A DNA stretch of 64,000 bases from Torpedo marmorata (Eukaryota). Made by a program: the position numbers and the translations under genes. Shown piece after piece: positions 34,641 through 48,850 of the stretch; within the stretch, counting starts at the first letter, position 1, and each line of letters begins with the position of its first letter. The notes below the pieces were generated by a model that worked only from the letters and a program-made list of their open reading frames with translations, was not told the origin of the DNA and ran no database searches. Location: contig OZ360222.1 in assembly GCA_977017645.1 (NCBI GenBank), positions 208,196,001 to 208,260,000 on the forward strand, given 5' to 3'.

Positions 34641-37210
34641 TTGCCTCCGATTACTGAAATTTTCAGGTTGATCCAGAAATGCTGAACAGTTCAACCCTGC
34701 CATCTTTGCACTTAGTTTGAAGAGCCACCAATTTGGGTAGCAGGACCTTGCGTTTCCTCATGGAGTTTCACATCTGTCTCCACTTTCCTTTGAGGTACAG
34801 GATAATGTTTGTCCTGGTTTGCAGTTCTACTCTCCCACCTGCTCCAGAACCCCCTCCAAGTAACGTTCCTGATGCTTCACAGTGGTGTAGTAGGACAGGG
34901 ACCCTGCAGCAGTTCCTGATCTCAGTCACTGCCCTGAAGAAAATTGGCAAGTGGAGGGAGACCAGGGACTCTGTTGCCACACCCTTGCTGCAGCCAAGGC
35001 TGCCGTACCAATATCTCTATTCAGCACGTTCCTTCCACTTACTGTCTAGGAATTGGGGATAATTCTGGCTGATAGTAACATTCACTTTGTTTTGTCAGCG
35101 GAACAGCATTCAGATCTAGTCTGCATTTGGGCAGGTTGTGAATGCAGGTCCAAATACCAGCTGAGGGCAACGGATAGTGATGATGCTGTCAACTCTGACT
35201 GGAGGTTTCATCAACATGGAACTCCTCCTCCTCCCCAAACAAAGGCTACCCATCAGAACATTCATGCGCATGATCTCAGCAATTGGGCCTTCCAAGGCCA
35301 ATTGTGAAGCAGAGACATTGTTATCCAATAGAATTATTCTAGACCATCAGCCAGACATTCTGCATCTCTGAAGCTCCTTGTATCCCTGAAATGTTTGTTG
35401 AAACATTCCCAGAGGTGTCCAGGACAATCCAGGACTGTTGGCCACCTAAATGCAAAGATAGTGGCTTCGGCTACGTCAGGAGTCCCCTTGTCCTACTACT
35501 GGTTGATGTGATGTAATGTATGTTGTTACTTTGATATTTACTCAGTCTGAAATTACTGAAGCTACCTTGCAAAAGAAAGCTTTTAAAGGAATATTTCATT
35601 CACTGATATCCTCAGGTTGATTACTCTGATGTAGCTTGGGTGAGAGGGCCACTGGTGGACCATCAACAATATAACTGCTTCCTTAAGTCACACTTCCTCT
35701 GAGTGCACATTGACGCGAAGGGCATGCGATGTCAAGGGTCAACCTGTGTGTTTGTCCCTTCAGATTTAGAGGTTAAACAAGAAGTCTGCAGATGCTGGAG
35801 AACTGGAACTTTGCATAAAAAAATGCTGGAGGAACTCAGCAGGTCCTGCAGCAATCCATGAAAAGCAATAGGTATTCAATGCTTGAGGCATGAGCCAGAT
35901 TTAGATATGTTTTGTGCTGTGAACACCTTTGTCATTCAAATTGTTTTGAAACCTAATATTTGAGGTTCTGCTCTGATCAAATGTGGAAATAAATGGGAGA
36001 GGGGAACTTGTCTTACTACGGAGTGATTGCTCATCTTTTTGTTGTCTCTTCAAGTACATGAGCTGACTGGTTATGGAGTAGGAGCTCCGAATATGACCTC
36101 AAAGCTGTGTTACTATTTTATTCCTTCTTTTGAATAATTTTTAAAAGATATTAACAATAGAATTTCCTTCACTTCCTCTGCCCTCTGGAGCAAGGAGATG
36201 AATTGCATCCTTTGACAAAAAAATGACATTCATCTGCATGCTTCAAATGGTGCAAAAATGAAAGTGGTATATGATTAAAGGAAGTGTTATTTATTTCTTC
36301 TGGACAAGTAGAAAACAGAATATTTTTGGTTAGTTTTAGTTCTGAATGAGCCTTATTGCTTCTTTGAGAAGGTTGCCCCAGAGACTGAATGGCATTGGGG
36401 ACTCTGCCACTGGCAATGCTGGGCCTTGCATACTTTGCCCAAATGCCTGGATTTCATGTGAGAGAACAATATTTGCTGGTGACTATTCCATTGTGAGATA
36501 TCACAACCAAACACAATCTTTGAACCTCCCCTTGATACACTGGACTGCTCCGATAGCATAAAAGGACGGTCTGCACTATTGCATCACTTTTTTTTGCACT
36601 AGGGTTACTGTGAATATTTATTAACTTTCTTAAGTATTTATTGTCTTTTAATTAAATTCAGTTAATTTACAATTATAATTTTTATTTGCTGTTTGGCTGC
36701 AGCAAGTAGGAATTTCAGTGCATATGTACATTGTATGATGACAATAAACTCATTATTATTATCATGCTGTTCACACGGCAATGCTGCTTCAGGACACTAC
36801 TTAGAAAAAGACTTTTTGGAATAGTTGTTATTTATAATTATTTCCTAAATCAGCAAAATCCAGGGATTAAACTTCTGCAATGTTTGAAAGTGGGCTTTAT
36901 TGAGAAGTGAACTGAATAGTTATCCATTCTCTTTCACTCTGCGTTCACAAGGAGAGAAGTTAAATGCAATGATCACTGTGAACGAAGTAAAATAAGGTGC
37001 AATGAAGAACAGGTGGTAAAGTGACACAATGAATCTTCAACCCAAAAGTTGAGGGAATTAGACATTAAAAAGCTTGTGTGCCTCAGGGAACAGCACGGAA
37101 GTGGAGTCATGCATGTTACAATCACTGGAGTGTTGTGGGAAAATCTGTTTCCTCACCGTTCCGAAGCCATACGTGATGATGTGTCTACAGGTGTGCAACT
37201 CCCAATTTCG

Positions 37211-39027
37211 CATTCTGCAGGACTGATTTGAATCGGTTGATTGGAACATATCCAAGCACTCATCCATAGACCTGAATGAATATGCAATAGGTGTCACCGA
37301 CTTCATCAAGACCTGCGAGGATGAGTGAGTGCCCATGCGCAAATACCAGGTGTTTCCCAACCAGAAGCCCTGGATGAATCAGAGAATTCGCAACCTGCTG
37401 AGGGCGAGAACCAGGGCGTTTAAGGCCGGGGACTGGGATCTTTACAAGAAGTCCAGGCACGACCTGCGGAAGACCATCTCTGAAGCAAAGTGGCAATTCC
37501 GGAGGAAGATGAGCTGAACACCTTCTATGCCTGCTTTGAGAAGAAGAACCAAACAGTGCCTACTAGAATCCCTAAAAAGGCTGAGGACCCTGTGATATCT
37601 GTCTCTGAGGGCGACGTCAGATCATCATTCAAGAGGGTGAACCCTCGCAAGGCGTCAGGCCCTGACGGCGTACCTGGCAGGGTGCTGAAAATTTGCACCA
37701 ACCAACTAGCCGGAGTGTTCACGGACATTTTCAACCTCTCATTGCGGCAGTCAGAGCTTTCCACCTGCTTCAAAAGGACATCAATCATCACGGTACCCAA
37801 GAAAAGTAGTGTGAGCTGCCTCAATAACTACCGCCCAGTAGCACTAACTTCTACTGTGATGAAATGCTTTGAGAGGCTGGTCATGGCCAGAATTAACACG
37901 TACCTAAGAAAAGATCTGGACCCACTGCAATTTGCCTATCGTCACAATCGCTCCACAGCAGATGCAATATCGCTGGCTCTCCACTGAGCTCTGGATCACC
38001 TCGAAAACAGCAATTCATACATATGGCTGCTCTTCATCGACTACAGCTCGGCCTTCAATAACATTATTCCCTCAGTGCTGGTCAAGAAGCTACAAACTCT
38101 AGGCCTCTGTACCCCACTCTGCAACCCACTGCTCTACTCGTTATACACCCATGACTGTGTGGCCAGGCACAATTCCAATGCCATATACAAGTTTGCCGAT
38201 GACACCACAGTTGTCAGCAGAATCACAAACGGCAATGAGGAAGCATACAGGAGGGAGATAGATCAGATCGTTGAATGGTGTAACGACAACAACCTTGAGT
38301 GAAACGTCAGCAAAATCAAGGAGATGATTGTGGACTTCAGGAGGAAGTCAGGGGAACACGAACCAGTCCTCATCGAGGGCTCAGTAGTGGAGAGGGTCAA
38401 GAACTTCAAATTCCTGGGTGTCAACATCTCCGAGGATCTGTCCTGGAGCCTCCACGTTGATGCAATCATAAAGAAGTCTCGTCAGCGGCTATACTTTGTG
38501 AGGTGACTGCGAGATTCGGTATGTCACCGAAGACTCTCGTAAACTTCTACAGGTGTACCGTGGAGAGCATTTTGGCTGGTTGCATCACTGCCTGGTATGG
38601 AGACGCCAACTCTCAGGACAAGAATAAACTCCAGAGGTTTGTTAACTCGGCCTGTGACATCACAGGCACCAGACTTCACTCCATCGAGTACATCTACACG
38701 AGACGGTGTCTTAAAAAAGCAGCATCTGTCCTCAAAGACCCCCACCACCCAGGCCATGCCCTCTTCACTCTGCTACTATCGGGAAAAAGATACAGGAGCC
38801 TAAAGTTGAGCACTCAATTGCACAAGGACAGCTTCTTCCCCGCTGCCATCAGATTCCTGAATAGTCAATGAACCAAAGACACTGCCTTACTTTTCGTGCA
38901 TTATTATTTATATATTTTTATAGTAATGTCGTAAGATGGTAATAATATGAATGTTTGCACTTTGACGCTGCCGCAAAACACCGAATTTCATGACTTGTTC
39001 ATGACAATAAATTCTGATTCTGATTCT
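37211..39027 (+). mobile_element. Rex1/Babar non-LTR retrotransposon, 5'-truncated, internally deleted, with stops and frameshifts
   Basis: RT fragments [70 protein letters not shown] and DPHHPGHALF. 3' tail aataaattctgattctgattctg. Confidence 0.9.
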
Positions 39028-39910
39028 GTTCTGCCCAATCCACATTTCACTTTTCTGCCCAATCCACATTTCACTGTCGCTGTTGATTTGTGAGTGCTCC
39101 AATTGTACTGTGAGTTATGAAACAGATAAAATGAGCAAAGCCTGCCCTGCCCAACTGCCTTCAAGAGAGCAAGTGCTTTGATGTTGCCACTTTTGAAGCT
39201 TAAACTGACAGAAAATAGTTCTTCTGTTGCTTACTTTTTTAGGTCAGCATAATGTATTCTGTGTAAAAGAAAAAAGACAAATGCTATAACCAACCTGAAG
39301 TAGATGTGACGTGTTTTTATTGTCTGATGTGCATGAAAGCGACACACATATACAAGGGTGACCTCTGCATTGGAGCTTGAGTTTCAGGAGAAGTGGATGT
39401 ATAGGAAAGTATGGAAGGTGTGATCATGTTCTCGTGCAAACTATTCTCCGGGTGACTACAGCTGAATGACAACCCACAGTTTTAAATAGAGAATAAATAT
39501 TTAAGGTTTGCAACAGAGGAGGCTTCTTAAATTTAGTTGAATCAGAACTATTTTGTCATTTTTAGAGTTACTGTTGGTTCATTCACTTCAAATAAATCAA
39601 CCTCCTCATCTCAGTTATTCACAACCAAGAGCAGATAATGATTCATCATTTGAATTGTAATTCTAGGGCCTATAATTCCTTAGTCAGAGTTTAGTTCCTT
39701 TATACATTTAACCAGCAAGGGTAGGGGAACAGAAAGGTTCTCCAAAACAGTGATTTAACCCCTATGGATTTGTTTTGGATTGAAGAGGGTTTTACTGTAG
39801 ATCAGAAGAAAAATGCTCAGTTTGTATTTTTTTTATTTTGAAAAAGATAAAACGAAAATGAACCTTAAGCAGAAAAACTAAAACTTATTCTGTTTATTAA
39901 CCCTTTCCAG

Positions 39911-40092
39911 CCCACGAGCTTTCCCAGAACAAGGCTTCATCAGTCCAGGCAGGCAGCCACTTGCAGTGCCTGTCAGTCCACTGCACGGAAGACCTTACTG
40001 ACTCTAAGGGCCGGAGCCCCATGCAAACTTGGAGATCTTTGCATTCGGACATCTCTAATCGATTTGGGACATTCGTGGCTGCTTTGACCTGA
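39911..40092 (+). CDS. MN1: MN1 coding exon 2 (conserved C-terminus)
   Basis: Hand translation: (A)[59 protein letters not shown], with TGA at 40090-40092. This matches the MN1 C-terminal motif LQCLSVHC...[20 protein letters not shown]. Preceded by a pyrimidine tract and CAG. Confidence 0.95.
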
Positions 40093-40810
40093 ACAGAGAT
40101 GAATTTTCTTTTGATTTCTCTTGTTTTTTTTGTATTGTTTTCCTCCTCTTGGCTGCTGCAGTGTGACCGACAGACAGAACATCAAAACAAATAAAAGTAA
40201 TAGTTACAAAAGGATCTGGGTCCCCTTGTTGGTACTTCGGTTCATGACCCACAACTCTGACTGAGGGCCTGGAAAGGGTTAATTGCAAGCCCACACCACC
40301 CAGGCTTTGATACTTGCTTGATACCAGGCCTGTTGGATTGCTCAATAAATGCTGCAGAGACCATTCCCAAGCTGATCTGAACAGGATGTTGGTTTGTGGA
40401 AGTGCACAACATTCTTCTCACTGGATTCCTTGCACATAACCTGACTTCTCCCCAACCCAAGGCGTCAGCCTCCCAGGCAGCAGCAAGGCATTGACAGCAA
40501 CATTCCTCTCAGACCTCTTCCTCAGGAGTTTAAAGTCCATGGTATGCAAGCCTCGATCAACATTGGTTCGCATGGGGTGGTTACCTCAGGCAATGCCATG
40601 TGGGGAACAGGATGGGTGCAAGTGAAGGGCTGGGATTGTGAATTGAGGTTCAGAGCTTTTGTTTGCTACTTGATGGTTCCCTGATAACTTTAGCCAATAA
40701 TGGCTCAATAGTGATGAGGCACAGAAATCTGGGTGAACAGAAACTCAAGTGTTTTACTGAACTGTTAGAATTTACAAATGTCTGGACCGTAAAATAAAAA
40801 ATAAACACAG
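40093..40810 (+). other. MN1: Proximal MN1 3'UTR with candidate polyadenylation signals (AATAAA at 40190, 40344, about 40793-40805)
   Basis: The hexamers are visible. The true 3' end may lie further downstream. Confidence 0.4.
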
Positions 40811-43144
40811 GTGGGAGCGTGGTGCTTAAGTCAATATATTCCACCAAGTTATATTCAATTGTAGTGGTCCTGGGCTAATCTGAGCTCAATATGTTTAACT
40901 TTCTGCAGCAAAAATGCATTAAAGAGAAAAAACACACAAAAACATAAGTTGCTTCCCATGAAGTGTGTATGTCTGCGTTGTTTTTGAAACTGTTTCTTTC
41001 ACTTGAATGTTTAAAATTCCTTCTCTCTGACAGCTCAGTGGACGTAACATCAAACAAAAGTTTACAGGTTGGGGAGGAATGAACGATCAGGGTGGGTTTC
41101 CCATCCCGTGCCCTGCACACCTATTGGCACCCTGACACTCACCCTGCCCACATCCAAGGCACCATCTCATTATGTAAAGGATAGGATCAGGCACTTGGAG
41201 TTGACACAGGACTGCCCTGATCTCACTGAAGGGCAGAATGACTGCAAGCGTCCACTTGATGCTGCATCCTATTACATAAATAAGGGGTCAGAGAGACCAC
41301 AGTGTAAGGAGGAGGGAAAGGGCCATAATCCATGCCAAAATAAAGAGTATGGGGACACATTCTTCCTACCTGGACTCTCAGCTGCTCCATCTTCATGTTC
41401 TTTCTTACTTTTCCCAACTTAGAGTGTGGTCCTTTTTCTCGTGAGCATCCCATTCCCAGCTCAGCAGGCTACGTGTGTGCTTTAAGGCCTAGTTGCACCT
41501 CATTCCCGCTTTATTCAAAGGACTTGTTCCTGCTGAGGAATTTAACATGAAAGAGAATGTTAATCGTGGGTGGATGATGCTACGGATGGCAGAACATGTT
41601 CCATTCCCCTTTTACCCTCTCCAACTTGGAAACAGTTCAAGAAGATAAAAAAAATAAGATTAAACGAGGTCAGAAAGACGTATGGTGCATTTGGCTGTGA
41701 GGAGAAGGGCTTATTCCCAGCTTCATTCTTCATGCAGCTGTGACACACGGATGCTTGTCAAATTCACATGAAGAAACGTCAAGGCAGTTGTGGGCAAGTT
41801 ACTATAATCTGACGAGTGTGCTTCCAGGTGAATGTTAAGGATTCACTCTGTATCCAATTCCCAATGTCCACTGCTTCAACCTTCAGCAACCCAACTCCCA
41901 GTTCTGATTGAATTTGAAACTCATGTTTGATATCTGAAGCCAGGTGGTGATGTTCACAGTTTGATGGCATTCACCTCGTGGTGCAATCACCATAAAAAGA
42001 AGCTTGCCACATCTGTGCTGCCTTGAGTCCATCCATTGCAGGTGTCTATTTTAAATTGCTGGTTTAATCCTCTCTATAGTCATAAAACCATTAGTGAATA
42101 TTAAAACAGAAATGACAGAGAATGCTCAAGGTGGGTTATCTGCGCTGAGCCACACAGATCCAGTTGGTCAGGTCCCATCGCTGGGATGTCCTGAGATAGC
42201 TGTGGTCAGCTGGGAATAAGAGCAGGCTTCCATAATGAGCTTGTGGTGACAGAAAGGAGAGTTCCCCAACTTGATTCCCTGCCGGGAAGGGTGTGTACAT
42301 GCATCGGCTGAAGCTGGGATCACGCTGAGCTCTGATGTGTTCCTTCCTGAACTGCTTCAGAATTCATACATGGAGAATCAGTGCTGCAGCAATGATTCTG
42401 CGGGGCTGCTGGTTACAGAGGAGAAAGCTGGGGAAAGACCAAGCTTCCTATCACTGGTGAATGGGAACACTTCCCTCCGTTGGAGTCTTTGGGTGCATGG
42501 GCAGGAGGTGGACATGGTGCCCTCTGGTCTAAATTACCTGGCTATGGCAGAGTGACAAATTTTACTCAATGCCTTGTTTGTGGCTTGAAGTCCTCTCCCT
42601 CATAGTAACCCTGATTTCACAAAATAGAGGCTTCTGATGCAATCCCAGGGGAGAAAGTTTGTTTGAGTTTGCCAACATTACATGTGTGAGAGTATCGACT
42701 GCTGGTTGTACTTGTCTCTGCACAGTTGGTTCCATTGACTCTGGATGTGCCGACGTGTTCAGCGGAGACTGATGGCCCCAATCAAACTTTGCACCTTGGA
42801 ATAAAGTTAGCTTCTTCCCAACATCACATAACATCAGCTATCACCCCTCTCCTTAAACCTGGAGGTTGTTTTTACCTTGTGGACAACTTGTGGGTCATGG
42901 GTAGATAATTTCTCCAGTATCCAATATCACTGCATAAAAACATCAAGTGATAACTCAAAGGGTGAAAATAGGAGTTCATTTCAGTTATATTCCAACTTCC
43001 TGTCAGAAATTATTCCATTAATCAAGAAAATACTTTAAAATATAATTTAATCTGTTGGCACTCCTGAACATTTAACCAATTTGTTCGGCTGCAAGTAATA
43101 ATCTCGGTGCATATGTACATTGTACAATAAACTCATTATCATTC

Positions 43145-43938
43145 CCGTATTTGATGGCATATAAGACCCACGGGCATATAAGCCCCCCCCCCCCCATTTC
43201 AGCAGGGAATATTGAGAATTTTTTTTAGTGTATTTACGGGTAAGCATTTAATGTTATTGAAATATGTAGCTACAGTACAGCAGAAAAAGAACTTGGACAA
43301 AACATGCAACTAGGACAACAGGAAAAATCTTTTTAATAATAATACTGCTGTAATTTACAAGAGAAAACAAAAGCAGCTTAGCTATAGCAGAAAACATTTT
43401 ATAAAAACAAACTGCCACTGTCGGTCCCTGCGCTGGTCCCACTGCCCCGCTCTCTCCCGGCGGCCCGCTGTCCCGCTCTCTCCTGGTGACCCGCTGTCCC
43501 GCTCTTTCCCGGCGGTCCGCTGCCTGCTCTCTCCTGGCGGCCCCCTGTCGGTCCCCGCGCTGGTCCCACTGCCCCACTCTCTCCCGGGGCGGGGGGAGGG
43601 GGGAGCAGGGCAGTAGGATCAGTGTGGGGACTTGTGGCGGGGTGGAGCAGGGCGGTGGGATCAGTGTGGGGATCGACAGTGGGCCGCCGGGAGAGTCTCC
43701 CGACAGCCCGTCACCAGCCCCCACAATGATCCCACCGCCCCGCTCTCCCCCCAACAGCCTGCCACCAGCTCCCAACGATAGATGGCGGTGTGATGCTAGT
43801 GAGCCATGTAGCGACGATGATCACTGTCGGCGTTACTCACCATTATCACCCTAATTTCAACTTCGCATATAAGACCTGGGGGATATTTTTGAGCCATTGT
43901 TTTGGGAAAAAGTGGGTCTTGTATGCCATCAAATACGG
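43145..43938. mobile_element. Non-autonomous Tc1/mariner-superfamily (Tc2/pogo-like) MITE
   Basis: 27-bp TIRs ccgtatttgatggcatataagacccac / gtgggtcttgtatgccatcaaatacgg (1 mismatch). TA on the right flank, TC on the left. GC-rich interior; no transposase. Confidence 0.8.
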
Positions 43939-46900
43939 TAATTGTGCCCTGGTTTACACGGACGGGATAATAATAATAGTAGCAGCACACAATGGGAGAC
44001 ATTTTTTATGGATTGAAAAAAGATACTGATGCACAGAATAAGATTTCAGTGTCTGGTTACCTCTATTTGAGGTAGGTTATTTTTATCTAAAGCTTTTGAA
44101 TTTTTAGGGTTATAATTTCTATTTCCAGTCCAGCAATTTGTATTGGTCAATTCAAGTTCATTGTTTGACACCTGCTTGAAACAACAGCATCATTAATTAA
44201 AACAGGAAATGCAAGAAATGCATAGCTGGTCAAGAAGTGTCTGTGAAGAGAAAAAAAAAAGTTAATGTTTTAGACCAATGACCTTTCATGATTGTCACCT
44301 CTCCCTATACCTCTTCCAAATTTCTAACCTGCTGATTATGTCCAGCAATTGTTATTTAATGTTTTTTATTTCAAATGTCTAGCATTTTGCTTTTGAACCT
44401 TTTTATGGCTGTTGGATAGAGGGCAGATTTAGACAAACTTTCAAAATAAAAACAAATGCCAGGAATCCCAGCCTTTTTGGTGACTTACTTTCATCTTGTA
44501 TTTTGAAACGGTGAAGCCATTCACACACATGCCTATTGTTTTCTGGTTAGTTCCTACACTTTGTTTGAGGGGCTGATACAATGCATTAGGGGTAAGTTCC
44601 CATCAGCCTGTTGAAGAGGAATTTATTTGAAATGCCTTGGAGCTCAGCTCTACAACTTGTTTTATGTCTCTCTTCTTTAGAATGTCCATTGATCCTCAGA
44701 CCTATTTTGAAGTTATGTGCAATGACATTTTATATTAAAGGTGACTTTACACAAAGATCTTCCACCTGCTTCAAGCCACTGTCTTTATGAAACACTGACC
44801 TGATCATCAGTAAAATATACCATGCATGGAATATTTCCTTTATGGTACTGGATCGTTGTTCAGCTGTGCTGTTGCTGAAACAATCTTGTGGTCCCTGTGG
44901 TGCAGTGTAACAGTGAACTAACAATTGTGTGCTGTGTAATATCTGGTCAAAATGATGACTTTGGGGGGAATTATTTCCACTTTCTACGATATATTTGCAA
45001 CATGATGGACTCAATGACAGTATTTCCCATTGTCTTTTCCAGCAAATCAAGAACTATTTTCCTGCAGAACGCCGTGCTAATTTTGCTAGAAATTGTGAAT
45101 AGAGGGAGGGCATGAGGTTTATCTTCCAGGATAGCAGAGCTAAGCCACCTGTAATTCTCTCTGCCTGACATTCAATTCTACGGCCTTAGCAATATTAACT
45201 GTGACACTCAAGAGAACTGACCCACTGTTTAGCCAGACAGCTACTACAAAGATGCAAAGTCAAGTACTGGTTACTCAATGGCATATCTATTGAACTCTTC
45301 CTTCCAGATAACATTCTCAATCCTGTGTAAATGTACGCCCAAAATTGCCCACTTTTGGTAAGCTCTATTAAAATCATTCAGCATGATAAAGTAAGTTTTT
45401 GGAATTATTAAAATGAGGGTTCTTCAACTCCCAATAACTCCCACTTAAAACATTGGACATGTATTTTAGTTAATAGATTTGGATTGTTAATCTTTAAAAA
45501 TTTGTATGTGTAATGTGTGTCCTGTTTTTCTCCCAGCTTGTGAGGTCTGTTCAGTGTGAAGGAGTTTTATTTCACGCTGCAGCCCATTTGCATTGTCCTG
45601 CTTGCTTGCTTTTGGTGCATGGGAGTGCAGCAAACTATTGCAGTGCAACTGGTGACTGATACCAAGTGTTACCTGCTCTACAATTCATTTCAAATACATG
45701 CTTCTTCACATAGTCATTAAGAACAATCATCTCTCACTTGACACTTTCCAGTGTGGTCCAATTCCTTAAGTTAACAACGTAATCACTGCTGTAATTTGTA
45801 CCAGAATACCCCCCTGACTCTAGCTTTGTTCAATCTATAAGTGGTGTTAAATGGTGTCTAGCTCAGATTCTATCCAGCATTCAGCATGCAGCAGTATAGT
45901 TGCCTGACATTTAATAATGACTGGATATTTCACTGCCTTTGTGAGCCTTGTGATGGTTTTTCGAGGTGTACTGGTCACGTGCACTTGTTTTGACAGGAAG
46001 GTATTAAAAAATCCATCACATTCCTTCAACCGTATCTCTTCTCCACTGGCACAATTCTATTGATAACTAGCTCTGGCAGAGTAAAACTCAAAATGTTCTC
46101 GTGCACATTTTGTTTTACCTCTGGTTTTTCTTTCATCTCACATCAAAATCCTACACTATTTTACTCCTCCTTGTCTCATCAATCTGTCATTCCCATGCAT
46201 AAGCCTGTATTCTTCCTACCCACGACTAGTGATCAACACTTCCACCACTAATTATTCATCCACGGTGACTCCACAGTCATTCTGCAATTTAGCTTTGACA
46301 CCCCATTTCTCCCCGACTTCTTTTTTGTGTTTCAATAAAACCTTCTTGGTGGGTTCCATCTCTGGCCCATAAAGTGTTTTTGACTGACCCCACACTGTAA
46401 GAAATGCACATTGTTATTGGTTCATACTCCAGTTTTTCAGAGCAACAAATCTTGATGTCACTTTTGGAGCTTCACAGTTCACATTTTCCTTTTAGTCCAT
46501 GCCACACTTTTGAGACTGTCAATGCTGAGAGGGCCCAAGCCCTGTTGTTATTTACAGCCTGTAACGCCTGCCATTCTGGGCTGGGATTCAAACAGTGAGT
46601 GAAGGGGTGAAAGGACAGATTGTGTAATCCACCGCAGAACCCGACTGCCATCAGGAAAGACCTGCATTCCCTTTGTATCTGGGCTGGATTCCCATGCAAA
46701 GAACAACATGGTAAAAGTGCAGAAACCAACAAACAAACACCGTTCTCCATCTGGCATTGAATTACTGTGTGAGAATTGAGATATCATATGATTGTGGCTA
46801 ATTTGAACTATTCTCTATATTCAAAATGTAGATTGTGAGGGCAAGGAACAGAATGGCCCATGCAGTGAAACATTACCAGGAATCTACCGCATCATGGACC

Positions 46901-48289
46901 CATCATCTTTTGGATAGCCACAATATCCATTCAAATATCAGGGTGGGATAGGACTCATAACTTCAGTTCTAGCTGCGGGTTAAAGGTAGTTGCAGATCTA
47001 ACAATATAAAGTGATGACTTCTTGCTGCGTCATTTGACAAATCCTGTTATTGCCATTTTGAAATTTAGTTTTGTTTGGCTCTGTCCCTCACACAATGCTG
47101 CTTTAGTCCCTGCTGACCGATGCCAGCAGTTCCCACGGTTTTTTTTGAGTGTTTTGTCTCATTCAGTGCAACCGGATTTAGTTTTGGAAACAGGAAGAAA
47201 AGCGATATGGACTATGTACTGTAGGTGCATTTGCCTGTCTGTACTCATACCTAATGTATACATATGTTTTAATGAGACACAAGACAATGAATAAAATATA
47301 ATGCAAGAGACAACTCTCGTCTGCTCTTCTACACTTTCTTTATTTGACACTCTTGGCAGATGACTTCCTGTGAACTTATTGCTAGTTGATTTATTTTTTA
47401 AATGGCAGCTGCTCTATTGGCTCAACAAGTAAATATGCTTATTTTTCAGTGGCATGCTTCTCCAATCAAAATGATCTGTGCTGTGTCACCTGATGTCACT
47501 GAGGGAATCAACAGTGATCCCATATCCTGGACAATGACAGGGAAGTGGGGGAGGGGAGGCAGTGACTGAGGAATTGCAGAGCAATGTACCCCAATGGAAT
47601 TGTGCACTTACATTGGGAAATCTAGGATCAGGGTCAGTTGCGATAAGGTTCTGTTTCAATTCCTGTTGAGGTGGGAGTCACTTTGCAGTCATCTGTAATC
47701 TATTATTCATTCTTGCATTCAGGGGGCTACAGGAGGGGGGAAAGCTACGGGGTTTAGAGCAGATTTGTTTCACCAAGACAACCAAATCTATCAAATCTGC
47801 CACCTACCCAATGAAAATCCAGCAAATGTAGGGATCACATTTAAAATATATTTGTATTGTTCCTGATTGTGCGGAAGACTTTCGGCAGTGAATTACAATG
47901 TTGAGTTCAAGGCTGTTTTTACTCTCCCAACAGAAATTTGTGTGTTCAAGTTCCTTCACAGACTTGAACTCAAAACCAACACTCCAGTCCTGAAGGTGTG
48001 CTATTCCTTTGGAGCTGCTGCCTTTCTCTCATTGAGGTTGACATCAAAGATCACATGCCACTTCTTTGAGAATGAGCAGGGGGCAGTTGTCGTAGTGTGC
48101 GTGGAAAGCAGCCAGTTGTAGCACCCAGCGGCAATTGAGCTGAGATGGAAACAATCTGCCTTGTGTGTGTTACTCCGACGATTTCAGATAACTGGACATT
48201 ATCATTCTGATATTTGTGAGATGTGCACACTTTACTGGCATTGACAACACTTTAAAAGCACTGTATTGTAATGTAGTGAAAGTCACTAT

Positions 48290-48610
48290 TCTGGAGTTAT
48301 AATTGCACAGCAAGGAAACAGCCCCTTCCACACAGCCTGTCCATGCTGGTCTGGTTGCCTACCTGACCTAGTCCCATTTGCCTGTGTTTGGTCCATACTC
48401 CTCTAAATGTTTCATATCCATTTACCTATCTAAATGTCTGTAAAAGTGGACCTGCCTCTATGACTTCCTCTAGCTGCTCGTTCCACATACACACCACCCT
48501 CCATGTGAAAAAGGTACCCCTTGGGTCCAGTTTAACTCTTTCTGCTCTCACCTGACACCGATATTCACTGATTTTAAACTGCCCTACCCTGGAAAAATAC
48601 TGTGACCGTT
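48290..48610 (-). mobile_element. CR1-type LINE 3' fragment
   Basis: Reverse complement of a CR1 3' end (ggaaacagcccctt...tagtcccatttgcctgtgtttggtccata...caccaccctccatgtgaaaaa). Confidence 0.65.
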
Positions 48611-48634
48611 CACTTTATTTAAATTTTTGAAATT

Positions 48635-48800
48635 TAAATGAACAGCACAGTAACAAGCCGTTCTGGTCCATGAGACCATGGCCCCCCAACTAACCTACAA
48701 ACTGCTGTACATAATTGAACGGTAGAAGGAAACCACAGCACCCGGAAGAAACCCACACAGACAATGGGAGAACGTACAAACTCCTCACAGACAGAACCGG
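48635..48800 (-). mobile_element. V-SINE fragment
   Basis: Reverse complement of the V-domain (gaaaccacagcacccggaagaaacccacacagac...agaacgtacaaactcctcacagaca). Confidence 0.75.
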
Positions 48801-48850
48801 ACGTGGCCACCCATTTCAATTCCCCGCCCCATTCCCTTACTGACATAAAA

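Larger units (their letters stand above)
15756..39910 (+). other. MN1: MN1 intron 1 (24,155 nt, GT-AG, phase 1)
   Basis: Donor GTAACT at 15756; acceptor ...ttattaaccctttccAG at 39909-39910. The joined codon G|CC (Ala) keeps the frame. Confidence 0.9.

Noticed and set aside
39029-39075. Tandem duplication (ttctgcccaatccacatttcact x2) after the Rex1 tail as a TSD
   Set aside because: Both copies are on the same side of the element, and the 5' flank matches only weakly, so no TSD can be supported.
43254-43854. 173-aa and 122-aa Pro/Gly/Arg-rich ORFs
   Set aside because: They lie in the GC-rich interior of a MITE, where stops are depleted by composition. No transposase motifs.
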